Below, piece after piece: positions 35,598 through 48,600 of a stretch of DNA of 63,713 bases. How positions within the stretch are numbered: the first letter of the stretch is position 1; every line of letters begins with the position of its first letter. The notes beneath the pieces are model-generated. The model did no database searches and had not been told where the DNA came from. It saw nothing but the letters and a program-made list of their open reading frames with translations. Position numbers and translations under genes: made by a program. Source of the stretch: Octopus bimaculoides (taxonomy: Eukaryota); the NCBI RefSeq assembly GCF_001194135.2, contig NC_068983.1:80359630-80423342 (forward strand), written 5' to 3'.

Positions 35598-38500
35598 ATA
35601 ATAACTCTTTGGGAGTTAAATTTATGTTGTAATCAATTTCAATTTTCAACTTTCTAAAATCAATGTACATTTAATTATAGGAAATAAAAGTTGTATGCTT
35701 AGAATAATATTTCAGTATAATTATTATGATAAAAGCAATATGATCGTAATCACTATAACCATACTGTCATATCTTTACTCTCCTGGGGTCTTTATTTGAC
35801 CAACACGCCTAGAAATAATTTTGATGTTATATAAATATGTTTGTCAAATTTTGAAGGTTATTTTAAGCAATAATTATGCATTCTGCTGACATATTTATGT
35901 GTAAAGTCTGATTTTGTTGTTTTCCTATATATATCATCTACGACCAGCACTCCACTTTGATGGTGTCAATTTTCTAATGTTCTGACTTCATTTTAGAGTA
36001 TTCCAAAGAGCCCTAAAAGTCTTTCTTGTTTCAGTTGTACTGAAAGCTTCTTTAGTGACTGTGGTCATGGTTTCTAGTTGTCTACAATATTACTATCTAA
36101 ATTTCTAGATATGTTTAGTTTTAAGTTTTCTTATTACCACTGAAAAAAATCAAATGCCTGAAATATATAACCTATTTATTTATTAATTCAATATTTCACA
36201 AATTTTCATTAAAAAAATAACTGATAATTTTTTAATATGTATTAAAGCATTGTTGAATCTGCAAATAGAAACTGTAGGCAATCAGATTAATTTGTTTAGG
36301 AAAGCTTCCGAATTTAGATAATTTCATATTCCTTAAACTGTTTATTACCAGTGAATTAAATATGAAAACATTGCTCATTGTCAATTGCAAAGAATTTAAA
36401 TTTGCAAAGAATACTATACAAGGGAAATAACTCTGTAAAACAAAATACTGTATTATTGCCCTTGAATTGCAAAACTTGTTATCGTTATGCATTTCTCAGT
36501 TTTATGGTGATATCGAACAAACGTTTTCACTTCCTTTCTCGTAATAAGTTTCTTTAATTTTCGTGCTTATGTTTGTGATTTATACATGATAGATGTTTTT
36601 TTGAGTTGTCATTCATTAAAATATTTCTTGTAATCTTTGAAATGTGTTGGAAAAATTATGAACCCATTTTGTGTGTTTGTAGTAATTTAATTCTGCCTAC
36701 TATAATTTTTTTCTTTTTTGTGACGCTATAATTACATTTAATAGTTTTATCGTTTATCATTTAGTTTCCCCTTTTGGGGCTATATATATATATATATATA
36801 TATATNNNNNNNNNNGCCATCCGGTTTCACCAGTCCTCAGTCAAATCGTCCAACCCATGCTGGCATGGAAAGCGGACGTTAAACGATGATGATGATGATG
36901 ATGATATATATATATATTAAAATTTGAATAAAGTACTTTCTGAAAACTAATAAACTATTATTTTTCTACATATTTTTCAATAGGGAATTTGCTATGAAGA
37001 TGTGAACACATCAGATATTTGGTGCGGTGTTGATTCTTAGAGAAGGGAAAATATTTGATGTGTTATTAAGATTTCAGTTCGTTCATTCACTACTTGTAAA
37101 TTTAATGGAATTGGAATATACTAGAATACATCTCAAGAATTTTCTAAAATGTTTTAAAGTAGGGGATATCTTGAGATTTGTGGATGAAAGCTGACTAATA
37201 TTACATGAACTTCAACAGTCTGTTTCAATCTTGTATCCGTTATAAATTATTTACTTCAAAATTTATTTACACTTACATTTGAAATTGTCTTTGATTATGA
37301 TGGTAAAGAGAAGGGAGATGGAAAATGATGAATTGGCTGTAGTATGCTAATACAGTTCTTTCAACCATTCTAACTGTGCATTCATGTCAGCAGTGCAAGC
37401 CAGGAAAAGCTAGTTATTTTAAGTTTAGAATATAGTGTTCTGAATCAATACAAAGAAAGGTTTATTTTAGAATTTTGAAGTTGAATGAATCAGCTTAATA
37501 GCTATTGTCAATGTTTTTCATATTTTGAACCATATTTTTCAATGTTTATTTTTCCATAATTAGTGCTTACTACTTCTGGGTAAAGAATGGAAAATATTTT
37601 CACACATTTGGGTGAAGTATGTAAAAATTAAAGTGCCAAGTGTTGATGCATCTATAAAAATATTTCTACTTTTTTTATAGATTGCAATTGTAGACAGACT
37701 AATTTTAAAGTAAGTACTACATTTTAAAGGAAACTAAACAAAAATAGTAATATCTGTAGATTTTATAATTGTAATTAGAAAAATCTGTAATGTTTTGTAT
37801 TTTGGGAGGGTATTGAATTAGTGGATTGTTACGTTCAATTTTAAAAGGAATGGTAATACATGAAAATATAGCTTGACAGGATTTGTGGGTTTGGTTGCTT
37901 TCCTTTTTTTTAATGCTTTTTTTTTAATGCTTTTTTTTAATGCTTTTTTTATGAGTGATTGATTCACCAATTGATGTGCATGGTTTAATAGCTATTAAGT
38001 TAAAGACCCATGACACAATATCTTATGCAAAATATTAAATTGTGGAATGTATTATAGACCCAGGAAGCATAAATATAATTCTAAATCTGAAAAAGAAATA
38101 AACACCAAATTATCAGAAACTGATAAATAATTATACTTTCTCAAACCCTGTCTAAAATGAATAGTATTAAAACTATTGGAGCATATTGGTTTTGATATTA
38201 AGGTTCTGGATAAAGTTAGACATTACTTGCTTCTACCTATCTGACTGTAAAATGTATTATTACCATTACTTCACAGTTGAGTGCTTAACATTAAGAAACC
38301 TCCAGTTATAAGAGCAATAGCTCTATTAATTCATGTACAAAAATCTAAATTTGCTGAAACATCCATTTTATCCTTGCTAGAAAATGACAGTCATCTAGAT
38401 TTGACTCAGTGGGACAATATAAATTAATATTATCTTCTAAATATTTACAGATGAAATTAAAAAAAAAAAAAGGTATGTTTTATGGAACAGGAGTTGTAGT

Positions 38501-40655
38501 CCTTGATGAGAGTCAGAAACTCAAAATGTTTTAGATAATGTTTCTCAATAATTGTCTCTATTGGATTAGAAAGACAGGCAGGAACTCTAATGGAATAAGT
38601 TTGTGACTATAGAAAAATGTCCAACTTGGGAATAATCTAATATATTTGCTTCTCATAAATATAGATTTATGGGGTTGAAAGGATATGAATAAAAGGAAAC
38701 TAATGTAAAAGTTAGCAAGAGATTTGATGATGTCAGATATTAAGTACATTTGGTGTCATGGGTAACTACAACACAATTGGCAAAGATCTAACCACTTAAA
38801 TGATTTAAATGACTTGAGTATGTTCAGTATCATGTGCAGTATACAAGATTATGGCTGTGGTGCGAATATGGTCAATGAATGTCAATGAACAGTAAGAATG
38901 AGGAAACATGAGGTGTGAATGTTTATAAAGAAGTGAGATTAACTGATGTAAAGATAAAGGAAGAAAAATCTTATGAGAATTTAGTTTAAGGAGTTGGAAC
39001 CAAATATTTAGGCATTCACACATGTGATGATAGATGATCTATGAAGTGTATAGAGAAAAGAACCTTAACCATAATAGAAAATAAGTGATTGCTAAAAATA
39101 TTAATCATCCTGCCAACATCTCAAATATGATAAACCATTGAACATTTTATCTAGAAAATATGTTTCGAAAAAATCATGGCAAATATTTATTAACCATTCT
39201 GTTTAATTACTCATTTGTAACAATTCTACTTTATCATTGTGTTTAAAAAAAAGCTATAACACAAATCAGATATTAAATCCATAAGACCTAATTTATCATT
39301 TAATTTATATTTTTCTTATATTGAACCTAGACTAATGAATATTTGAATATTTCCATTATAATCATTTATTTGAAATAAGATATCCATGGATAATTTTGTA
39401 AATGTTTGTATTAACAAAATATTAATTTCCAGATTTGGCACAAGGCCACTAATCTTATAGAATCCATTCCTTAATTGGTACAAATATAATTTAGTCTAGA
39501 AGAATGATAGGCAAATTTGACTTTTGTGAAATTTTAATTCAGAACACAAATTTTAATTCAGAACACAAATAATTCAAATTGTAATTCAGATTGTAAGCTC
39601 TATAGCATATTCCAACCATCCTGCCAGACCAGGATGATACCATGAATCCATAAGTTCTGTTTTTCGTAATTTATCTGACTAATTATAGGACCCCTNNNNN
39701 NNNNNATACCATGAATCCATAAGTTCTGTTTTTCGTAATTTATCTGACTAATTATAGGACCCCTCCGCCCAAAATGGAAACATTAAATATTTTGATTATT
39801 TATAAATTCTGATTCTTTCTCAATAATTTGATAATTTCTTTTTTTTTTTTTTTTAGTTATCTATAATCTATTTTCTGATATGATTATATTATCTAATAAA
39901 TTGGAGGATTAACTTCACCTAAGAAGAAAATAAAGTGTTAGAGGCAATCAATAAGTAGCTAAAATTTTAATGTCTATTGATTTTAATATTTGTTCAAAGG
40001 TTATGATCAGATGTGTTTAAATCTTGAGTCTGTGCAGTCTTTATTCATAAATATAGTGTATCATTTTCTTAACCCAGTTTTCATTTTTTTTTAATATTAT
40101 TATTTTTTTTTTTGAAAATTACTGAAATGGATTTTTTCCCTTTCTTTGGATTTTTTTCTATTTCTTAATCACTCTCCCTGATAACTATCATCAGCACTTC
40201 CCTAATCATTGTCATCTGTTCATTTTCTTCTATATTGATAAAATTTCACTCAGATTTCATAAATATATCCAAAATAAATAGTTGTTACCTATTTAATATT
40301 TTAGCATTTAGTTACAGGTAAAATATTACAAGAAGAAAAAATTCAGTGCAAGGAACAACTGAAATTAATGATTAATAAAAGAACCAAATGAAATGAAAGT
40401 AAAAAAAAAAGTAAAATGGCTAAGTGTATACAGTATTGCATTGCTTGTTTAAATGTTAGATCTACTTCAAACATTAACTGGGTGTTTGGGCAGTACACTT
40501 AACTCTGTGTAGTTTAATTCACCCTATTGTTGTGAGTAGGTAGCAGATCTTTTGAGAATGCTACCTGAATCCTTTGGATGTAGAAGACATTTTACAATTT
40601 GTGAAATAAAGCAAACTACAAATGAATATATATCTATAATATTACAATAAAATAT

Positions 40656-40890
40656 AAGGTGGCAGAATTGTTAGCATACAGGGTAAAATGCTTAGCAGCA
40701 TTTCGTCTGTCCTTATGTTCTGAGTTCAAATGTCGCTGAGGTCAAGTTTGCCTTTCATCCTTTTGAGGTTGATAAAATAAGTACCAGTTGAGTACTGGGT
40801 GTGTGTGTGTGTGTGTGGGGGGGACAATGTAATTGACTTAGCCCCTCCCCCGAAATTGCTGGCCTTGTGCCAAAATTTGAAATCGATATT
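40656..40890 (+). mobile_element. tRNA-SINE family B, full length
   Basis: aaggtggcagaattgttagc...gaggtcaagtttgcctttcatcc...gataaaataagtaccagttgagtactggg...ggccttgtgccaaaatttgaaa. Confidence 0.85.
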
Positions 40891-42437
40891 GCTATATAAT
40901 ATACATATACAAATTCCAGTTCTTGTGGGGAGGATTGGGAAAAGCATTTAGTGTATATGGAAGTAGTGGTCGAAGTTAAGATCAGTAGAGATGGTTTGTG
41001 ATGTATGTATTGCTAGTTTAGTTAAGCCATTGTAATAGTGGTAAAAGAGGCAGATATAAGAAACCATACATTTGTGAGCCCATAATTTTTATGGATTTGT
41101 GTGTGGATTTCACTAATCAATCGGAGGGTCTGTTTTTAAAATTAGAAAAGTATTTCTCAAACAGGCAAATTCTAAAACATCCTTAAAAAAAAAGTAAAAT
41201 ATTTTGGCACTTCTCTCCATCTTTATTAATGAAAAGACAAAAACCATATTACTATTGAAATATGCTGCCTTTATTTCAATTAATTTGAAAATGATAAAGC
41301 ATTTAATAAAATAACTTTGTAGTTCTTGAACGAGTATTTGAGATATAAAACTTTCCATCAAAAATAAATATTTTATAGAAGATTTTAATTTAGATGAAGT
41401 TTGTATCATAGAACCATGGGTAGTCTCAAGCAGACCAGTATCTGTAGGGTTAAATAAAGTTGGAATCTACCTAAATTTTATAAAACATAATTTGTTCTCC
41501 CCCTTTTCAATCATCACAGCTTCCTCTTCCCTATGAGAAACACTGATCTAGGATATTAATGTACATAGCAGCAGCACAACCTCATATTGTGTATTATATG
41601 TGTAAAACTACAATTGTGAGTTTTGCTTGAGTTTTGTTTAGCTGTTCATAAGGACTAAAGTGTTTTCTTCCTGAAGTAGAAATGTATTTTAGATGCAGAC
41701 AAGAACCACTCCTTGTGCAGGTAAAAAGACAGAAGCTTGCTTAGTATGGTCATGTATTCTGCCACAACTCACTGTCTAAAACCATTCTTCAGGGCACAGT
41801 TGAGGGTGGCTAAAAGAGATCAAACAGAAAATCCTGATCCAAAAACATCAAGGACTGGACAGGTCACAACACAGCGAACCTGTGGTAATGGCTAACTATG
41901 AATGTATCTAGAGTGGCACCCTAGCAACTGGCTACATCAGTTAAGGAATCTTGATGATGATGATGATAATGATATGCATATGATACTTGAGATATAATCA
42001 AAGAAGCACTTATCATTGTAACTGATGAAGTGCCAGAATCAGACTTTGTGATGAGTTTTATCTGTAGTTATTTTAAAGGTTTAAATTGCATGATGTTCAT
42101 GTATAGGAAGGATCTAGTATAAAACTATTTCCTTGATATGTATAGTAATTATGTCTTGCTGTTGTTGAAGAAGCCTATGTTATTATGTCCCCCATTAGAA
42201 GATATTTTCTTGATCACTTCTTCCGTATAGATGTCTAAGCTATATGTATAAGAATATAGTAATGTACCTGAAGATCTGTTCAAATTGGCGGAATAAGCAT
42301 GATCCAATAGTTGTACAAAAATGAGAAAGCTTGAGTGCAAGTTAATTCAGAAAGTAACTTGACATCATGGCCATTAACTGCTTTTTGCAGAAAAGATGAC
42401 TACAGAAATATGGATGTTTAATATTAATGGATGGTAA

Positions 42438-42648
42438 AGTGGTGAGCTATCTGAATTGACAGCATGTTAGCTTAGTGGTTTTTTTTGTCTGTCTTTATGT
42501 TCTGAGTTCAAATTTCACTGAGGTCAACTTTGCCTTTTATCCTTTTGGGGTCAATAAAATAAGTATCAGTTGAACACTGGGGTAGATGTAATTCACTTAC
42601 CCCTCCCCTAAAATTGCTGGATTTGTGCTAAGATTTGAAACCAATATT
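42438..42648 (+). mobile_element. tRNA-SINE family B
   Basis: Same modules as 40656-40890. Confidence 0.8.
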
Positions 42649-43719
42649 AATGGAGGGTGCATGGAAAATGAAATTGTTGTGAGTTTAGATAGAAACTTAG
42701 ACCAAAGTAGTTGGTAAATAGTAGTTATATCAGACCTTGCGATTGTAATGGTAGTAATAAGATGCTCGAAGCAATTTTGAATTATAGACCAAGGGAATCA
42801 AGCTAGCTTGGCAAACAGATATTAAAATGATGACATTGATTTATATCTGCTTTATATTTCAGTAATATCTCAATTATTAAAGCTCGCTTCTTCTCATTGT
42901 CAAAAAAGATTTAATTCAGTTGACTGTAGAAAAAGGAGATTCTCTAACATATTAATCATTCTGACACAGAACTGACATAAAGATCTAGAAGGGCTCTGAG
43001 TACATAATGACATATACTTTAGGGCTGGTAACATTTTTATTTTATTTTTACCGTGGAAGATTGAAAATGCAGTTTGTCCTGCTGCAGTCTCTTATCTAAC
43101 ACATCTGGTTAAGGGAGAGTATATATTCAGTACAGTTTACTTCCCATCCTGTTATTCTGGGAATTCTATTGCATTCAGAGTAACTGTGTAACTGAATATT
43201 ATGAGAATACCATTGTCTGTAAGAGGTAAATGGGAAAAGCATGTTTGTGCAAAAGATTATCCTAGATCCACCTAAATTCAGAAATATTAAACTAAATTTT
43301 TCATGGAAATTATATATTTTACATATTTACATGGAGTCTGCGAACTTTGCAAACTCTCCTAGATTTGTGAAGTAGAAACAGTTGATGTTGTTCAGTATGA
43401 ACATCTGCAATACATGTTAATACACATAGGGAAGACATGAGTAGAAGTGGGTGGAGTTCTAGTGATTACTGTAAGAGGGAGAAAAGTTTGAGTAACATGT
43501 TAGTGACGGTTTAAAGGGTGAAACAAAATAAAATAGGAATGGTGAGAGGAAATGAAGGGGATACATCAAACAAGCTTGGATGGAGGTGGTATTCATCTTG
43601 TTAAAAGGAGAAAAAACCATCATAATATCAGTAGAAGAGGTTGAATGAACCAGAATGTGCAGCCAGAGATGCCATTGCCATGCAAACCTCATGCTTCCAC
43701 CTTTGGAAAAAAAGCCCCT

Positions 43720-44560
43720 ACAAGAAGGACCTGATTATGAGACGTTCATTTGACGAGGGTGTACTGTGGAGACAACTGACAAGTGAGTAACCAATGTGTT
43801 GCAAACAGAGCCTGTGCATTCCTTTAAAACTCCTTGTCTGACCTACAACAAAAGAGTTACCTGTAACAAATGTAGATATGAGAAAGCAAAGGTTTATCAA
43901 AGTGAGTCATGTCCAGAAAAGAGCAAAAAATGTGTAGCTTTTGGGGAAACAGGACACTTTGTAAAGGTTAAGGTTTGCAGTAGGAAAAGGCCTGTCCATG
44001 AGATAGCATACATAAAGGATCATGCTTCAAATGACAGTGACTCAGATTCCAGCAACTGTGACATAAACAATAATGTTGGTTGTGTACTTGTGAGATCTGT
44101 AGCTTCAGATATGACGAGGGACATTGGAATTCTGCAAATCTTTGTCAATGACAGGGAGATATTCAAACGAGTCAATTCTGGCTGTAGTAAAACTTTGATT
44201 AGCATTAATGAGTTCAAGAGAATGAATTGTGACAGTGAGCTTTCTCCTGACCAATGCTAAATTCACACCTTATGGCACAAAACAACTGTTCCCAATCAAA
44301 GGTTGTGCCAATATAACACTAGATTCTGTAGGTGGTGTAAAACATGGCTTACGGATTTACATTATAGATGATAAAATGGAATCCTTGCTTGGTTGTGAAG
44401 ATGTTAAGGCATTTTGGTTTTTGCTAATTTATCTAGATGGATTGGAAGCCTCTGTTATCAACTCTAACACCTCCAGGCTACTGGGCTCCATAGAAAAAGA
44501 TACTAGTGTTCAGACTACTCTGTCAAATTTAACGATTATTTATTCAAATTGTTTTGAATT
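43720..44560 (+). mobile_element. Decayed Ty3/gypsy-like LTR retrotransposon gag-protease region
   Basis: Zinc-knuckle relics (CNKCRY...SCP..SKKCVAFGETGHFVKVKVC), protease site VNSGCSKTLIS (DSG decayed), and FTPYG...IKG...SLLGCED. No LTRs found. Confidence 0.65.
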
Positions 44561-44619
44561 AATCTTGCATTGTCTGATACTTTAAAGATTTCAATGATGT
44601 TGTAGTTTTTTTTTTTTTT

Positions 44620-44728
44620 ACAACAACATTGAAAGGTAAGTGTGAGAGGCTGGACCTGGCTGGTTTGAACATAAAACAGATTAGTACATTTGGGCCAGAT
44701 ATGGCCAGTTTAAATGCTAAAGAGTTAA
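44620..44728. mobile_element. piggyBac-type MITE partial copy
   Basis: Reverse complement of the left part of 55494-55715, ending atgctaaagag+TTAA. Confidence 0.65.
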
Positions 44729-44829
44729 TCATAAATGAGTTTTAAGTATTAATCTTTTGTAAAACTACAAAGAAGCTGAACCAAAATTTAGTTTTGCTGA
44801 AATGGTTGGGTCTTTACAAGAACTGCCTA

Positions 44830-45180
44830 TCATCAAAAATCCTGGTTCTTTGTCATCAACTCTGTGAGGTTCAAGGTCCTGAGATCAGTCTCATGTCCTT
44901 TTGTCTTCCCTCCTTTGCAACTTCCATCCCCATTAAATGATCAGCACTTTTGTATACACCTGTACTCAATCATACACATCACAAGACCATTCCAATGCAG
45001 TCTTCTTTCTTACACACTACATCTGATTCATTCCTGCTGTATTCAGTTTTTCTCTCAGCACATTTGTACTGTCTTTCATGCTTACTTACATTGAACATAA
45101 ATTGGAGTGTGCTTGCTTCATTTCTTTCTAGTCTTCTCAAATCTTCTGCATTCAAGGTCCAGAAATGTACAATTAATATA
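44830..45180 (-). mobile_element. RTE LINE ORF2 3' fragment
   Basis: WTLNAEDLRRLERNEAS..., paralogous to the 23120-23450 region. Confidence 0.75.
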
Positions 45181-45344
45181 TAGTTATAAGTACACATACG
45201 TATGTATTGATATATTATGTGATATATATTATATAATAAATTTTATATAATGTATATTATTTAATATAATATATATTACATAATATTCACATACAAACTC
45301 ATAGGCACTAAACAAGCTGGAGAAAATGGCACTTGAATACCAAA

Positions 45345-45486
45345 TGTGGTAAGAAGTTTGCTTCCTAGCCATGTGGTTCCAGGTTTAGTCCCACTATGTG
45401 GCACCCTTGGGCAAGTGTCTTCTACTATAGCCTCAGATCAACCAAAACTTTATGAGTTGATTTGGTAGATGGAAACTGAAAGAAGC

Positions 45487-45532
<46 letters not shown>

Positions 45533-45630
45533 TCCATATGTGTGTGAGTTTTTGATTTGTTCTACTAAAACCCTTTAAGGTGGTGCTCCAGCTTGGCTAT
45601 AGTCCAAAAACTAAAACAAGTAGAAGAATA
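45345..45630 (+). mobile_element. tRNA-SINE family A, internally deleted
   Basis: Head and core, then (TA)n, then the 3' tail ggtggtgctccagc...aaaacaagtagaaga. Confidence 0.75.
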
Positions 45631-48600
45631 AATTATTAATATTATAAATATATTTATATATGAGTTTATATGTGGGTATAAGTATGTTTCAGTGTATGTA
45701 CACACACACACACACACACACACACAATTGGACATAGGAGATAACATGTTTAGTGCAGATGGAGTTGAATAAGGTGAGGTTGTTGTAGGATTGAGTGGGT
45801 TTGTTGAAAATAAAGATGACTATGGTGGGGCTTGAGTAGTGAGAAGTTGACAGAATTAACGAAGGAATTGAAACTGTTTGATAGTGCAAGAGGTGGCATT
45901 ACTACACTTGTACAGATACAGATCATATAGGTTTTGGTTGAATCTTGTAAACTAGGAGAAAATTTGGATTCCATCAAGGCCAGTGAATAGTATCATATTA
46001 TTAGGACCAATCCTAGTACCTATTGCCACTCCAGTCATTAGTTGATAGAGCTTGTTAGCAAAGGGAAAGTAGTTGAGGTACTAGGATATTTACATATGTA
46101 CATGCATACATACATGCATGCATACATCCATCCATACATAGATACATATATACGTGAAAGTGTAAGCATGTGCATAACTTATGCCAAAGAATGAAGATGT
46201 TGGCCATAACTATGAAATATCAATGCTTTTTGAAGGATGTCCTCTGTTGACATTTCTACTGTATCAGATACACAGATACTTTTTTCCCACACTACCATCA
46301 GATATGGTGTGAACCAGTTATTAGTGTGCTGGACACATTGTGACCAATATAATATCATTGTTCACAAAGTGAGTTGTATATATATATAGTGTATTTTCTC
46401 TGAAAGGTAGCACATATTAACCTTGTTAGATATTGCTGTCATAACCTCTAGACTGAATATACTAAAAAGGAAAAGTTATCTAAAATTATCAGAGATACAC
46501 ATTGAACAGGGGACCATAAAATGTAGTTGCAGTTTGAGGTTGAATTTTTTTGTACTGTTCTGAATGTCTTTCATTTTCAATAATTTTCTTTTTCAAAGTG
46601 ATAACTGATTGGTCATTTGTGTTTGTGATAATCTCTACACTTAGATTTTATGTTTCTTCACTGAACATCAATTTTGCACATTGCTGTTAAATTACTTTGT
46701 GGTTTAGTTCTTAGAACCAGTTCAGAGTTTGAAGTCTGGTACATTTGTAAACTAATCTACAGCAGGTAGGCCATAGATTCCTAGAGGTACATAGAAAGTA
46801 TTATCTTGTAACATAAGTGGAAAACTACCATAATTAGTGAAGTAATTGAAACAAATCATATAATATTTATGAAGCGCTGTAAAGTTGGTGATATTGAAAA
46901 TACTGGGGAAGCATGTTTTAAAAGTGACATAGTTATAATATTATTGATTATTTTTTGGATACTGAAAACAGTAAAACGTGGAAATGTTTTTGAATAAACA
47001 TAAGATGGTTGAAGTGTTAACTTTTAACCAAAAGCTTCTTGAAATGACTTAATTTAATTATATATTCTAAGACAATATATGAAAGCTACAAATTTCAAGA
47101 GAGCTTCCTAGAAATCATAATTATTTTACCCAATACACTAATAAATGAAAATCTAGTAAAATAAATATTGAAATTAACTTTAACTATTTGAAGAATCAAA
47201 ATTTTAGAACTTAATTTTTATAACTGATGGGTTATTTTACACTTTAATTATTTCTAACTAAACTGTCAAATGATTACATTGGCAATTTGCTTTATTTTGC
47301 AGTTTGTATGGAAAGGATATTACTAAAACCACACATTTTAATAAATTATAGCAAATATAATAAATTATAACAAATATAATAAATTATAACAAGAACAAAG
47401 AGGTTATTGAGGGCAATGGTAAACTCTTGTGCATTGAAAAAGCAAGTAGATACATATTTTTTTTGTCAAAATTTAAAATTTCTTTGCAAAGTCTTACTTG
47501 ACTTTGGGTTACTATTTCAGTTTGGATTATATTTTGAGTACATGTTGGTTGTCATTTAGCACAAGAGTAATAAAAATTGAGCTACAAAGCATACAACATA
47601 TCCAACTTATTGCTAATGCTTGGTGGGATACCATATGAATGACTTTGAAATGCTACTTGAGCTGTTTCTTAAGTAACAAAACTCAACAAAGTAGAGTCAT
47701 TCAATACTGAATTTACTTGCTTGTTTTGGCAGTTTGGGTGGAATTGTATGTCAACTTTGGGTAGCCCAACTTTGGATAGCTCAGGATTCCAGAAACAGTA
47801 ATTTTATGTGAGAAAATATTGATGAATTATTCTAAATGGTAATTTGATTAATCATTTTGCTATTCCTCTGAAGAACACTTTTCTATTTGAGGACAGATAC
47901 AAAATAGAATTGCTCTAATCCAATTCCTCTTTCCATGCATCTTGTAATAACTGGAATCTGAAAAATCTATGGGTTGTAGTATAATTCTGAAAGGTTGTGT
48001 GAACAAAATCTTTTACTTTTGAAATATTTGATAAAATTTAAGATGTTCATAATATATTATACATAAAGCTATAAGTTTAAGGCTACAAAACATTCATTCA
48101 CTGCAAACAAAACGTAAGCAATATCTTCCCTAGAAAATATCCAATGTTAGTTTTATTAAATTTTGGAAATTTGTTTTCTATTTATGTATAAAAAAATAGG
48201 TCATAGAGGATCATTGATTGGTTAAAAATAGGTTGTGGTATTAAAAGTTTGGGAACTGTTGATTTATGTGATTGCACTTTAAGTCATTTTCAAGAAATTT
48301 CTTAGGTAGTTTAGTGATTTTATAACTCTGCAATGATCATCCTGAAGAACTCTTTGTAATTTCTTTCTGTTTTGCTTCAAGTTTTGCAGAATTTCTCTGC
48401 TCAAGTAAAATCAAATTTCTCTTCTTTTCTGCCAAGCAGAGATATAATGCAGCAGAGTGACAAATTTTGATTATTTGTAGCTAGTCTTTCTACAATGGTG
48501 GCAATTTCAATGTTCTTCATTATAATTCTTGTTTCATTCTGAAATCTATCAAGAAATTTTTATATGGTTCATGTTATTGCATGTACTCAACTTCAAGATT

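Noticed and set aside
36816-36905. Apparent short independent repeat
   Set aside because: It is an RTE 3' tail cut by the adjacent 10-N gap.
39637-39764. Perfect 59-bp direct repeat with a 10-nt spacer
   Set aside because: The spacer is Ns; this is an unmerged contig overlap (assembly artefact).
42149-42340. 63-aa minus-strand ORF (…SLDIYTEEVIKKISSNGGHNNIGFF…)
   Set aside because: No recognisable motif, splice partners or neighbouring exons.
47340-47392. 19-bp AT-rich tandem repeat (also short duplications at 37850-37890, 39532-39570, 28146-28172)
   Set aside because: Ordinary slippage duplications; no spacers, so not CRISPR-like.
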